Positions 15,301 through 30,300 of a stretch of DNA of 64,000 nucleotides are shown here, piece by piece. The position numbers and the translations under genes were made by a program. The stretch comes from Eledone cirrhosa (taxonomy: Eukaryota). The stretch is from contig CAXHJY010001538.1 in the NCBI GenBank assembly GCA_964016885.1, forward strand, positions 1 through 64,000, written 5' to 3'. A model generated the notes under the pieces. The model worked only from the letters and a program-made list of their open reading frames with translations. It did no database searches and was not told where the DNA came from. Each line of letters begins with the position of its first letter. Position 1 is the stretch's first letter.

Positions 15301-15330
15301 TTAGGAATTTTATGAATTTTATGAATTTTA
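400..15330. repeat. Segments ~0.4-3.5 kb and ~12.3-15.3 kb are copies at an 11,862-bp offset; ~5.3-8.9 kb and ~10.3-13.9 kb are copies at a ~5.02-kb offset
   Basis: Offsets of 11,862: 528/12390, 1427/13289, 1612/13474, 2439/14301, 2873/14735, 3091/14953. Offsets of 5,018-5,027: 6384/11402, 6708/11726, 8262/13289. Confidence 0.85.
5958..6326. repeat. Example of the second-level ~129-bp module (14 units) of the 9-bp satellite
   Basis: The marker cassette GAGGAATTTTTTTGAATTTTCGGAATTTTATGTATTTTTAGG starts at 5958, 6087, 6216 and 6327 (129, 129, 111 bp apart), at 890, 1019 and 1148, and at 1898 and 2027. 129 = 11x9 + 3x10 and 111 = 129 - 2x9. Confidence 0.9.
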
Positions 15331-18300
15331 TGAAATTTAAAATTTTAGTAATTTTAGGAATTTAAGGAATTTTTTGAATTTTAGGAATTTTAGGAATTTT
15401 AGGGATTTCTATGAATTTTAGGAATTTTAGGAATTTTAGGAATTTTTAGAAATTTTAGGAATTTTAGGAATTTTCGGAATTTTATGAATTTTTATGAATT
15501 TTATGAATTTTAGTAATTTTATGAATTTTAGTAATTTTATGAATTTTAGGATTTTTATGAATTTTTTGAATTTTAGGAATTTTTGGAATTTTAGGAATTT
15601 TAGGAATTTTTGGAATTTTATGAATTTTATGAATTTTTGGAATTTTAGGAATTTTAGGAATATTAGGAATTTTATGAACTTTTTGAATTTTAGGAATTTT
15701 AATTTTATGAATATTTGGAATTTGAGGAATTTTAGGGATTTTATGAATTTTAGGAATTTTACGAATTTTGGAATTTTAGGAATTTTAGGAATTTTAGGAA
15801 TTTTACGAATTTTGTAATTTTAGGAATTTTATGAATTTTAGGAATTTTATGAATTTTATGAATTTTATGAATTTTATGAATTTTATGAATTTTAGGAATT
15901 TTAATAATTTTAGGAATTTTAGGAATTTTTTGAATTTTGGGAATTTTAGGAATTTTAGGAATGTTATGAATTTTATGAATTTTAGGAATTTTAGGAATTT
16001 TAGGATTTTTATGAATTTTATGAATTTTATGAATTTCATGAATTTTATGAATTTTTGAAGTTTTAGGAATTTTAGGAATTTTAGGAATTTAGGAATTTTA
16101 GGAATTTTAGGAATTTAGGAATTTTAGAAATTTTTGGAATATTAGGATTTATGAATTTTAAGAATTTTAGGAATTTTTTGGAATTTTCGGAATTTTAGGA
16201 ATTTTTAGAAATTTTAGGTATTTTAGGAATTTTATGAATGTTATGAATTTTAGGAATTTTGGGAATTTTATGAATTTTATGAATTTTAGAAATGTTATGA
16301 ATTTTAGGAATTTTAGGAATTTTAGGAATTTTAAGAATTTTAGGAATTTTAGGAATTTTAGGATTTTTATGAATTTTTGGAATTTTAGGAATTTTAGGAA
16401 TTTTGCGAATTTTAGGAATTTTAGGAATTTTAGGAATTTTAGGAATTTTAGGAATTTTAGGATTTTTATGAATTTTTGGAATTTTAGGAATTTTAGGAAT
16501 TTTAGGAATTTTAGGAATTTTAGGAATTTTATGAATTTTAGTAATTTTAGTAATTTTAGGAATTTTAGGAATTTTAGAAATTTTTGGAATATTAGGATTT
16601 ATGAATTTTAAGAATTTTAGGAATTTTGAGGAATTTTTTTGAATTTTCGGAATTTTATGTATTTTTAGGAATTTTAGGAATTTTAGGAATTTTAGGAATT
16701 TTAGAAATTTTAGGAATTTTAGGAATTTTATGAATTTTAGTAATTTTAGTAATTTTAGGAATTTTAGGAATTTTAGAAATTTTTGGAATATTAGGATTTA
16801 TGAATTTTAAGAATTTTAGGAATTTTGAGGAATTTTTTTGAATTTTCGGAATTTTATGTATTTTTAGGAATTTTAGGAATTTTAGGAATTTTAGGAATTT
16901 TAGGAATTTTTGGAATTTTAGGAATTTTATGAATTTTAAGAATTTTAGGAATTTCGAGGAATTTTTTTGAATTTTCGGAATTTTATGTATTTTTAGGAAT
17001 TTTAGGAATTTTAGGAATTTTAGGAATTTTAGGAATTTTTGGAATTTTAGGAATTTTATGAATTTTAAGAATTTTAGGAATTTCGAGGAATTTTTTTGAA
17101 TTTTCGGAATTTTATGTATTTTTAGGAATTTTAGGAATTTTATGAATTTTATGAATTTTATGAATTTTATGAATTTTAGTAATTTTAGGAATTTCGAGGA
17201 ATTTTTTTGAATTTTCGGAATTTTATGTATTTTTAGGAATTTTAGGAATTTTATGAATTTTATGAATTTTAGGAATTTTATGAATTTTAGTAATTTTAGG
17301 AATTTTAAGAATTTTAGGAACTTTAGGAATTTTAGGATTTTTATGAATTTTTAGAATTTTAGGAATTTTAGGAATTTTAGGAATTTTAGGAATTTTAGGA
17401 ATTTTATGAATTTTAGTAATTTTAGGAATTTGAGGAATTTTAGAAATTTTTGGAATATTAGGATTTATGAATTTTAAGAATTTTAGGAATTTTGAGGAAT
17501 TTTTTTTAATTTTCGGAATTTTATGTATTTTTAGGAATTTTAGGAATTTTAGAATTTTAGGAATTTTAGGAATTTTATGAATTTTAGTAATTTTAGGAAT
17601 TTTAAGAATTTTAGGAATTTTAGGAATTTTAGGAATTTTATGAATTTTAGTAATTTTAGGAATTTTAAGAATTTTAGGAATTTTAGGAATTTTAGGATTT
17701 TTATGAATTTTTGGAATTTTAGGAATTTTAGGAATTTTAGGAATTTTAGGAATTTTAGAAATTTTATGAATTTTAGTAATTTTAGGAATTTTAGGAATTT
17801 TAGGAATTTTAGAAATTTTTGGAATATTAGGATTTATGAATTTTAAGAATTTTAGGAATTTTGAGGAATTTTTTTGAATTTTCGGAATTTTATGTATTTT
17901 TAGGAATTTTAGGAATTTTAGGAATTTTAGGAATTTTAGGAATTTTTGGAATTTTAGGAATTTTAGGAATTTTAGGAATTTTAGGATATTTATGAATTTT
18001 TGGAATTTTAGGAATTTTAGGAATTTTAGGAATTTTAGGAATTTTAGGAATTTTATGAATTTTAGTAATTTTAGGAATTTTAGGAATTTTAGGAATTTTA
18101 GGAATTTTTAGAATTTTAGGAATTTTAGGAATTTTATGAATTTTAGGAATTTTAGGAATTTTAGGAATTTTAGGAATTTTAGAAATTTTTGGAATATTAG
18201 GATTTATGAATTTTAAGAATTTTAGAAATTTTTTGGAATTTTCGGACTTTTAGGAATTTTTAGAAATTTTAGGTATTTTTCGGAATTTTATGAATTTTAG

Positions 18301-21300
18301 GAATTTTGAGGAATTTTTTTGAATTTTCGGAATTTTATGTATTTTTAGGAATTTTAGGAATTTTAGGAATTTTAGGAATTTTAGGAATTTTTGGAATTTT
18401 AGGAATTTTAGGAATTTTATGAATGTTATGAATTTTAGGAATTTTGGGAATTTTATGAATTTTATGAATTTTAGAAATGTTATGAATTTTAGGAATTTTA
18501 GGAATTTTAGGAATTTTAGGAATTTTAGGAATTTTAGAAATTTTTGGAATATTAGGATTTATGAATTTTAAGAATTTTAGGAATTTTGAGGAATTTTTTT
18601 GAATTTTCGGAATTTTATGTATTTTTAGGAATTTTAGGAATTTTAGGAATTTTAGGAATTTTAGGAATTTTTGGAATTTTATGAATTTTATGAATTTTAA
18701 GAATTTTAGGAATTTCGAGGAATTTTTTTGAATTTTCGGAATTTTATGTATTTTTAGGAATTTTAGGAATTTTAGGAATTTTAGGAATTTTTGGAATTTT
18801 TGGAATTTTAGGAATTTTATGAATTTTAAGAATTTTAGGAATTTCGAGGAATTTTTTTGAATTTTCGGAATTTTATGTATTTTTAGGAATTTTAGGAATT
18901 TTATGAATTTTATGAATTTTAGGAATTTTATGAATTTTAGTAATTTTAGGAATTTTAAGAATTTTAGGAATTTTAGGAATTTTAGGATTTTTATGAATTT
19001 TTGGAATTTTGGAATTTTAGGAATTTTAGGATTTTTATGAATTTTTGGAATTTTAGGAATTTTAGGAATTTTAGGAATCTTAGGAATTTTAGGAATTTTA
19101 GGAATTTTAGTAATTTTAGGAATTTTGAGGAATTTTTTTGAATTTTCGGAATTTTATGTATTTTTAGGAATTTTAGGAATTTTAGGAATTTTAGGAATTT
19201 TAGAAATTTTTGGAATATTAGGATTTATGAATTTTAAGAATTTTAGGAATTTTTTGGAATTTTCGGAATTTTCGGAATTTTTAGAAATTTTAGGTATTTT
19301 AGGAATTTTATGTATGTTATGAATTTTAGGAATTTTGGGAATTTTATGAATTTTATGAATTTTAGATATGTTATGAATTTTAGGAATTTTAGGAATTTTA
19401 GGAATTTTAAGAATTTTAGGAATTTTAGGAATTTTAGGATTTTTATGAATTTTTGGAATTTTAGGAATTTTAGGAATTTTGCGAATTTTAGGAATTTTAG
19501 GAATTTTAGGAATTTTAGGAATTTTAGGAATTTTAGGAATTTTAGGAATTTTAGGAATTTTAGGAATTTTAGGAATTTTTGGAATTTTAGGAATTTTAGG
19601 AATTTTAGGAATTTTAGGAATTTTAGGAATTTTATGAATTTTAGTAATTTTAGGAATTTTAGGAATTTTAGGAATTTTAGAAATTTTTGGAATATTAGGA
19701 TTTATGAATTTTAAGAATTTTAGGAATTTTGAGGAATTTTATTGAATTTTCGGAATTTTATGTATTTTTAGGAATTTTAGGAATTTTAGGAATTTTAGGA
19801 ATTTTAGAAATTTTAGGAATTTTAGGAATTTTATGAATTTTAGTAATTTTAGGAATATTAGGATTTATGAATTTTAAGAATTTTAGGAATTTTGAGGAAT
19901 TTTTTTGAATTTTCGGAATTTTATGTATTATTAGGAATTTTAGGAATTTTAGGAATTTTAGGAATTTTAGGAATTTTTGGAATTTTATGAATTTTATGAA
20001 TTTTAAGAATTTTAGGAATTTCGAGGAATTTTTTTGAATTTTCGGAATTTTATGTATTTTTAGGAATTTTAGGAATTTTAGGAATTTTAGGAATTTTAGG
20101 AATTTTTGGAATTTTAGGAATTTTATGAATTTTAAGAATTTTAGGAATTTCGAGGAATTTTTTTGAATTTTCGGAATTTTATGTATTTTTAGGAATTTTA
20201 GGAATTTTATGAATTTTATGAATTTTAGGAATTTTATGAATTTTAGTAATTTTAGGAATTTTAAGAATTTTAGGAACTTTAGGAATTTTAGGATTTTTAT
20301 GAATTTTTGGAATTTTAGGAATTTTAGGAATTTTAGGAATTTTATGAATTTTAGTAATTTTAGGAATTTGAGGAATTTTAGAAATTTTTGGAATATTAGG
20401 ATTTATGAATTTTAAGAATTTTAGGAATTTTGAGGAATTTATTTTAATTTTCGGAATTTTATGTATTTTTAGGAATTTTAGGAATTTTAGAATTTTAGGA
20501 ATTTTAGGAATTTTATGAATTTTAGTAATTTTAGGAATTTTAAGAATTTTCGGAATTTTATGTATTTTTAGGAATTTTAGGAATTTTAGGAATTTTAGGA
20601 ATTTTAGGAATTTTTGGAATTTTAGGAATTTTAGGAATTTTATGAATGTTATGAATTTTAGGAATTCTGGGAATTTTATGAATTTTATGAATTTTAGAAA
20701 TGTTATGAATTTTAGGAATTTTAGGAATTTTAGGAATTTTAGGAATTTTAGGAATTTTAGAAATTTTTGGAATATTAGGATTTATGAATTTTAAGAATTT
20801 TAGGAATTTTGAGGAATTTTTTTGAATTTTCGGAATTTTATGTATTTTTAGGAATTTTAGGAATTTTAGGAATTTTAGGAATTTTAGGAATTTTTGGAAT
20901 TTTATGAATTTTATGAATTTTAAGAATTTTAGGAATTTCGAGGAATTTTTTTGAATTTTCGGAATTTTATGTATTTTTAGGAATTTTAGGAATTTTAGGA
21001 ATTTTAGGAATTTTTGGAATTTTTGGAATTTTAGGAATTTTATGAATTTTAAGAATTTTAGGAATTTCGAGGAATTTTTTTGAATTTTCGGAATTTTATG
21101 TATTTTTAGGAATTTTATGAATTTTATGAATTTTATGAATTTTAGGAATTTTATGAATTTTAGTAATTTTAGGAATTTTAAGAATTTTAGGAATTTTAGG
21201 AATTTTAGGATTTTTATTAATTTTTGGAATTTTGGAATTTTAGGAATTTTAGGATTTTTATGAATTTTTGGAATTTTAGGAATTTTAGGAATTTTAGGAA

Positions 21301-24300
21301 TCTTAGGAATTTTAGGAATTTTAGGAATTTTAGTAATTTTAGGAATTTTGAGGAATTTTTTTGAATTTTCGGAATTTTATGTATTTTTAGGAATTTTAGG
21401 AATTTTAGGAATTTTAGGAATTTTAGAAATTTTTGGAATATTAGGATTTATGAATTTTAAGAATTTTAGGAATTTTTTGGAATTTTCGGAATTTTCGGAA
21501 TTTTTAGAAATTTTAGGTATTTTAGGAATTTTATGTATGTTATGAATTTTAGGAATTTTGGGAATTTTATGAATTTTATGAATTTTAGATATGTTATGAA
21601 TTTTAGGAATTTTAGGAATTTTAGGAATTTTAAGAATTTTAGGAATTTTAGGAATTTTAGGATTTTTATGAATTTTTGGAATTTTAGGAATTTTAGGAAT
21701 TTTGCGAATTTTAGGAATTTTAGGAATTTTAGGAATTTTAGGAATTTTAGGAATTTTAGGATTTTTATGAATTTTTGGAATTTTAGGAATTTTAGGAATT
21801 TTAGGAATTTTAGGAATTTTAGGAATTTTATGAATTTTAGTAATTTTAGTAATTTTAGGAATTTTAGGAATTTTAGAAATTTTTGGAATATTAGGATTTA
21901 TGAATTTTAAGAATTTTAGGAATTTTGAGGAATTTTTTTGAATTTTCGGAATTTTATGTATTTTTAGGAATTTTAGGAATTTTAGGAATTTTAGGAATTT
22001 TAGAAATTTTAGGAATTTTAGGAATTTTATGAATTTTAGTAATTTTAGTAATTTTAGGAATTTTAGGAATTTTAGAAATTTTTGGAATATTAGGATTTAT
22101 GAATTTTAAGAATTTTAGGAATTTTGAGGAATTTTTTTGAATTTTCGGAATTTTATGTATTTTTAGGAATTTTAGGAATTTTAGGAATTTTAGGAATTTT
22201 AGGAATTTTTGGAATTTTAGGAATTTTATGAATTTTAAGAATTTTAGGAATTTCGAGGAATTTTTTTGAATTTTCGGAATTTTATGTATTTTTAGGAATT
22301 TTAGGAATTTTAGGAATTTTAGGAATTTTAGGAATTTTAGGAATTTTTGGAATTTTAGGAATTTTATGAATTTTAAGAATTTTAGGAATTTCGAGGAATT
22401 TTTTTGAATTTTCGGAATTTTATGTATTTTTAGGAATTTTAGGAATTTTATGAATTTTATGAATTTTATGAATTTTATGAATTTTAGTAATTTTAGGAAT
22501 TTCGAGGAATTTTTTTGAATTTTCGGAATTTTATGTATTTTTAGGAATTTTAGGAATTTTATGAATTTTATGAATTTTAGGAATTTTATGAATTTTAGTA
22601 ATTTTAGGAATTTTAAGAATTTTAGGAACTTTAGGAATTTTAGGATTTTTATGAATTTTTAGAATTTTAGGAATTTTAGGAATTTTAGGAATTTTAGGAA
22701 TTTTAGGAATTTTATGAATTTTAGTAATTTTAGGAATTTGAGGAATTTTAGAAATTTTTGGAATATTAGGATTTATGAATTTTAAGAATTTTAGGAATTT
22801 TGAGGAATTTTTTTTAATTTTCGGAATTTTATGTATTTTTAGGAATTTTAGGAATTTTAGAATTTTAGGAATTTTAGGAATTTTATGAATTTTAGTAATT
22901 TTAGGAATTTTAAGAATTTTAGGAATTTTAGGAATTTTAGGAATTTTATGAATTTTAGTAATTTTAGGAATTTTAAGAATTTTAGGAATTTTAGGAATTT
23001 TAGGATTTTTATGAATTTTTGGAATTTTAGGAATTTTAGGAATTTTAGGAATTTTAGGAATTTTAGAAATTTTATGAATTTTAGTAATTTTAGGAATTTT
23101 AGGAATTTTAGGAATTTTAGAAATTTTTGGAATATTAGGATTTATGAATTTTAAGAATTTTAGGAATTTTGAGGAATTTTTTTGAATTTTCGGAATTTTA
23201 TGTATTTTTAGGAATTTTAGGAATTTTAGGAATTTTAGGAATTTTAGGAATTTTTGGAATTTTAGGAATTTTAGGAATTTTAGGAATTTTAGGATATTTA
23301 TGAATTTTTGGAATTTTAGGAATTTTAGGAATTTTAGGAATTTTAGGAATTTTAGGAATTTTATGAATTTTAGTAATTTTAGGAATTTTAGGAATTTTAG
23401 GAATTTTAGGAATTTTTAGAATTTTAGGAATTTTAGGAATTTTATGAATTTTAGGAATTTTAGGAATTTTAGGAATTTTAGGAATTTTAGAAATTTTTGG
23501 AATATTAGGATTTATGAATTTTAAGAATTTTAGAAATTTTTTGGAATTTTCGGACTTTTAGGAATTTTTAGAAATTTTAGGTATTTTTCGGAATTTTATG
23601 AATTTTAGGAATTTTGAGGAATTTTTTTGAATTTTCGGAATTTTATGTATTTTTAGGAATTTTAGGAATTTTAGGAATTTTAGGAATTTTAGGAATTTTT
23701 GGAATTTTAGGAATTTTAGGAATTTTATGAATGTTATGAATTTTAGGAATTTTGGGAATTTTATGAATTTTATGAATTTTAGAAATGTTATGAATTTTAG
23801 GAATTTTAGGAATTTTAGGAATTTTAGGAATTTTAGGAATTTTAGAAATTTTTGGAATATTAGGATTTATGAATTTTAAGAATTTTAGGAATTTTGAGGA
23901 ATTTTTTTGAATTTTCGGAATTTTATGTATTTTTAGGAATTTTAGGAATTTTAGGAATATTAGGAATTTTAGGAATTTTTGGAATTTTATGAATTTTATG
24001 AATTTTAAGAATTTTAGGAATTTCGAGGAATTTTTTTGAATTTTCGGAATTTTATGTATTTTTAGGAATTTTAGGAATTTTAGGAATTTTAGGAATTTTT
24101 GGAATTTTTGGAATTTTAGGAATTTTATGAATTTTAAGAATTTTAGGAATTTCGAGGAATTTTTTTGAATTTTCGGAATTTTATGTATTTTTAGGAATTT
24201 TAGGAATTTTATGAATTTTATGAATTTTAGGAATTTTATGAATTTTAGTAATTTTAGGAATTTTAAGAATTTTAGGAATTTTAGGAATTTTAGGATTTTT

Positions 24301-27300
24301 ATGAATTTTTGGAATTTTGGAATTTTAGGAATTTTAGGATTTTTATGAATTTTTGGAATTTTAGGAATTTTAGGAATTTTAGGAATCTTAGGAATTTTAG
24401 GAATTTTAGGAATTTTAGTAATTTTAGGAATTTTGAGGAATTTTTTTGAATTTTCGGAATTTTATGTATTTTTAGGAATTTTAGGAATTTTAGGAATTTT
24501 AGGAATTTTAGAAATTTTTGGAATATTAGGATTTATGAATTTTAAGAATTTTAGGAATTTTTTGGAATTTTCGGAATTTTCGGAATTTTTAGAAATTTTA
24601 GGTATTTTAGGAATTTTATGTATGTTATGAATTTTAGGAATTTTGGGAATTTTATGAATTTTATGAATTTTAGGTATGTTATGAATTTTAGGAATTTTAG
24701 GAATTTTAGGAATTTTAAGAATTTTAGGAATTTTAGGAATTTTAGGATTTTTATGAATTTTTGGAATTTTAGGAATTTTAGGAATTTTGCGAATTTTAGG
24801 AATTTTAGGAATTTTAGGAATTTTAGGAATTTTAGGAATTTTAGGAATTTTAGGAATTTTAGGAATTTTAGGAATTTTAGGAATTTTTGGAATTTTAGGA
24901 ATTTTAGGAATTTTAGGAATTTTAGGAATTTTAGGAATTTTATGAATTTTAGTAATTTTAGGAATTTTAGGAATTTTAGGAATTTTAGAAATTTTTGGAA
25001 TATTAGGATTTATGAATTTTAAGAATTTTAGGAATTTTGAGGAATTTTATTGAATTTTCGGAATTTTATGTATTTTTAGGAATTTTAGGAATTTTAGGAA
25101 TTTTAGGAATTTTAGAAATTTTAGGAATTTTAGGAATTTTATGAATTTTAGTAATTTTAGGAATATTAGGATTTATGAATTTTAAGAATTTTAGGAATTT
25201 TGAGGAATTTTTTTGAATTTTCGGAATTTTATGTATTATTAGGAATTTTAGGAATTTTAGGAATTTTAGGAATTTTAGGAATTTTTGGAATTTTATGAAT
25301 TTTATGAATTTTAAGAATTTTAGGAATTTCGAGGAATTTTTTTGAATTTTCGGAATTTTATGTATTTTTAGGAATTTTAGGAATTTTAGGAATTTTAGGA
25401 ATTTTAGGAATTTTTGGAATTTTAGGAATTTTATGAATTTTAAGAATTTTAGGAATTTCGAGGAATTTTTTTGAATTTTCGGAATTTTATGTATTTTTAG
25501 GAATTTTAGGAATTTTATGAATTTTATGAATTTTAGGAATTTTATGAATTTTAGTAATTTTAGGAATTTTAAGAATTTTAGGAACTTTAGGAATTTTAGG
25601 ATTTTTATGAATTTTTGGAATTTTAGGAATTTTAGGAATTTTAGGAATTTTATGAATTTTAGTAATTTTAGGAATTTGAGGAATTTTAGAAATTTTTGGA
25701 ATATTAGGATTTATGAATTTTAAGAATTTTAGGAATTTTGAGGAATTTATTTTAATTTTCGGAATTTTATGTATTTTTAGGAATTTTAGGAATTTTAGAA
25801 TTTTAGGAATTTTAGGAATTTTATGAATTTTAGTAATTTTAGGAATTTTAAGAATTTTCGGAATTTTATGTATTTTTAGGAATTTTAGGAATTTTAGGAA
25901 TTTTAGGAATTTTAGGAATTTTTGGAATTTTAGGAATTTTAGGAATTTTATGAATGTTATGAATTTTAGGAATTCTGGGAATTTTATGAATTTTATGAAT
26001 TTTAGAAATGTTATGAATTTTAGGAATTTTAGGAATTTTAGGAATTTTAGGAATTTTAGGAATTTTAGAAATTTTTGGAATATTAGGATTTATGAATTTT
26101 AAGAATTTTAGGAATTTTGAGGAATTTTTTTGAATTTTCGGAATTTTATGTATTTTTAGGAATTTTAGGAATTTTAGGAATTTTAGGAATTTTAGGAATT
26201 TTTGGAATTTTATGAATTTTATGAATTTTAAGAATTTTAGGAATTTCGAGGAATTTTTTTGAATTTTCGGAATTTTATGTATTTTTAGGAATTTTAGGAA
26301 TTTTAGGAATTTTAGGAATTTTTGGAATTTTTGGAATTTTAGGAATTTTATGAATTTTAAGAATTTTAGGAATTTCGAGGAATTTTTTTGAATTTTCGGA
26401 ATTTTATGTATTTTTAGGAATTTTATGAATTTTATGAATTTTATGAATTTTAGGAATTTTATGAATTTTAGTAATTTTAGGAATTTTAAGAATTTTAGGA
26501 ATTTTAGGAATTTTAGGATTTTTATTAATTTTTGGAATTTTGGAATTTTAGGAATTTTAGGATTTTTATGAATTTTTGGAATTTTAGGAATTTTAGGAAT
26601 TTTAGGAATCTTAGGAATTTTAGGAATTTTAGGAATTTTAGTAATTTTAGGAATTTTGAGGAATTTTTTTGAATTTTCGGAATTTTATGTATTTTTAGGA
26701 ATTTTAGGAATTTTAGGAATTTTAGGAATTTTAGAAATTTTTGGAATATTAGGATTTATGAATTTTAAGAATTTTAGGAATTTTTTGGAATTTTCGGAAT
26801 TTTCGGAATTTTTAGAAATTTTAGGTATTTTAGGAATTTTATGTATGTTATGAATTTTAGGAATTTTGGGAATTTTATGAATTTTATGAATTTTAGATAT
26901 GTTATGAATTTTAGGAATTTTAGGAATTTTAGGAATTTTAAGAATTTTAGGAATTTTAGGAATTTTAGGATTTTTATGAATTTTTGGAATTTTAGGAATT
27001 TTAGGAATTTTGCGAATTTTAGGAATTTTAGGAATTTTAGGAATTTTATGAATTTTAGGAATTTTAGGAATTTTAGGAATTTTAGAAATTTTTGGAATAT
27101 TAGGATTTATGAATTTTAGGAATTTTGAGGAATTTTTTTGAATTTTCGGAATTTTATGTATTTTTAGGAATTTTAGGAATTTTAGGAATTTTAGGAATTT
27201 TAGGAATTTTTGGAATTTTAGGAATTTTATGAATTTTAAGAATTTTAGGAATTTCGAGGAATTTTTTTGAATTTTCGGAATTTTATGTATTTTTAGGAAT

Positions 27301-30300
27301 TTTAGGAATTTTAGGAATTTTAGGAATTTTAGGAATTTTATGAATTTTAGGAATTTTATGAATTTTAGGAATTTTAGGAATTTTAGGAATTTTAGGAATT
27401 TTAGTAATTTTAGGAATTTTAAGAATTTTAGGAATTTTAGGAATTTTTTGGAATTTTCGGAATTTTATGAATTTTTAGGAATTTTAGGAATTTTAGGAAT
27501 GTTATGAATTTTATGAATTTTAGGAATTTTATGAAATTTATGAATTTTATGAATTTTAGAAATGTTATGAATTTTAGGAATTTTAGGAATTTTAGGAATT
27601 TTAGGAATTCTAAGAATTTTAGGAATTTTAGGAATTATTTTGAATTTTTGGAATTTTATGAATTTTTATGAATTTTATGAATTTTATGAATTTTATGAAT
27701 TTTTGGAATTTTAGGAATTTTATGAATCTTAGGAATTTTATGAACTTTGTGAATTTTAGGAATTTTAATTTTATGAATTTTTGGAATTTGAGGAATTTTA
27801 GGAATTTTATGAATTTTAGGAATTTTACGAATTTTAGGAATTTTAGGAATTTTAAGAATTTTAGGAATTTCGAGGAATTTTTTTGAATTTTCGGAATTTT
27901 ATGTATTTTTAGGAATTTTAGGAATTTTAGGAATTTTAGGAATTTTAGGAATTTTAGGAATTTTAGGAATTTTATGAATTTTAGGAATTTTAGGAATTTT
28001 AGGAATTTTAGGAATTTTAGTAATTTTAGGAATTTTAAGAATTTTAGGAATTTTAGGAATTTTTTGGAATTTTCGGAATTTTATGAATTTTTAGGAATTT
28101 TATGAATTTTAGGAATGTTATGAATTTTATGAATTTTTGGAATTTTAGGAATTTTATGAATTTTAGGAATTTTTGGAATTTTATGAAATTTATGAATTTT
28201 ATGAATTTTAGAAATGTTATGAATTTTAGGAATTTTAGGAATTTTAGGAATTTTAGGAATTTTAAGAATTTTAGGAATTTTAGGAATTATTTTGAATTTT
28301 TGGAATTTTATGAATTTTTATGAATTTTATGAATTTTATGAATTTTATGAATTTTTGGAATTTTAGGAATTTTAGGAATCTTAGGAATTTTATGAACTTT
28401 GTGAATTTTAGGAATTTTAATTTTATGAATTTTTGGAATTTGAGGAATTTTAGGAATTTTATGAATTTTAGGAATTTTACGAATTTTAGGAATTTTAGGA
28501 ATTTTATAAATTTTATGAATTTTAGGAATTTTATGAATTATATAAATTTTAGGAATTTTAGGAATTTTATGAATTTTATGAAATTTAAGAATCTTAGGAA
28601 TTTTTTGAATTTTTTGAATTTTAGGAATTTTAAGAATTTTTCCGAATTTTCGTAATTTTATGAATTTTTAGGAATTTTATGAATTTTATGAATTTTATGA
28701 AATTTAAAATTTTAGTAATTTTAGGAATTTAAGGAATTTTTTGAATTTTAGGAATTTTAGGAATTTTAGGGATTTCTATGAATTTTAGGAATTTTAGGAA
28801 TTTTAGGAATTTTTAGAAATTTTAGGAATTTTAGGAATTTTCGGAATTTTATGAATTTTTATGAATTTTATGAATTTTAGTAATTTTATGAATTTTAGTA
28901 ATTTTATGAATTTTAGGATTTTTATGAATTTTTTGAATTTTAGGAATTTTTGGAATTTTAGGAATTTTAGGAATTTTTGGAATTTTATGAATTTTATGAA
29001 TTTTTGGAATTTTAGGAATTTTAGGAATATTAGGAATTTTATGAACTTTTTGAATTTTAGGAATTTTAATTTTATGAATATTTGGAATTTGAGGAATTTT
29101 AGGGATTTTATGAATTTTAGGAATTTTACGAATTTTGGAATTTTAGGAATTTTAGGAATTTTAGGAATTTTACGAATTTTGTAATTTTATGAATTTTATG
29201 AATTTTAGGAATTTTATGAATTTTATGAATTTTATGAATTTTATGAATTTTATGAATTTTAGGAATTTTAATAATTTTAGGAATTTTAGGAATTTTTTGA
29301 ATTTTGGGAATTTTAGGAATTTTAGGAATGTTATGAATTTTATGAATTTTAGGAATTTTAGGAATTTTAGGATTTTTATGAATTTTATGAATTTTATGAA
29401 TTTCATGAATTTTATGAATTTTTGAAGTTTTAGGAATTTTAGGAATTTTAGGAATTTAGGAATTTTAGGAATTTTAGGAATTTAGGAATTTTAGAAATTT
29501 TTGGAATATTAGGATTTATGAATTTTAAGAATTTTAGGAATTTTTTGGAATTTTCGGAATTTTAGGAATTTTTAGAAATTTTAGGTATTTTAGGAATTTT
29601 ATGAATGTTATGAATTTTAGGAATTTTGGGAATTTTATGAATTTTATGAATTTTAGAAATGTTATGAATTTTAGGAATTTTAGGAATTTTAGGAATTTTA
29701 AGAATTTTAGGAATTTTAGGAATTTTAGGATTTTTATGAATTTTTGGAATTTTAGGAATTTTAGGAATTTTGCGAATTTTAGGAATTTTAGGAATTTTAG
29801 GAATTTTAGGAATTTTAGGAATTTTAGGATTTTTATGAATTTTTGGAATTTTAGGAATTTTAGGAATTTTAGGAATTTTAGGAATTTTAGGAATTTTATG
29901 AATTTTAGTAATTTTAGTAATTTTAGGAATTTTAGGAATTTTAGAAATTTTTGGAATATTAGGATTTATGAATTTTAAGAATTTTAGGAATTTTGAGGAA
30001 TTTTTTTGAATTTTCGGAATTTTATGTATTTTTAGGAATTTTAGGAATTTTAGGAATTTTAGGAATTTTAGAAATTTTAGGAATTTTAGGAATTTTATGA
30101 ATTTTAGTAATTTTAGTAATTTTAGGAATTTTAGGAATTTTAGAAATTTTTGGAATATTAGGATTTATGAATTTTAAGAATTTTAGGAATTTTGAGGAAT
30201 TTTTTTGAATTTTCGGAATTTTATGTATTTTTAGGAATTTTAGGAATTTTAGGAATTTTAGGAATTTTAGGAATTTTTGGAATTTTAGGAATTTTATGAA

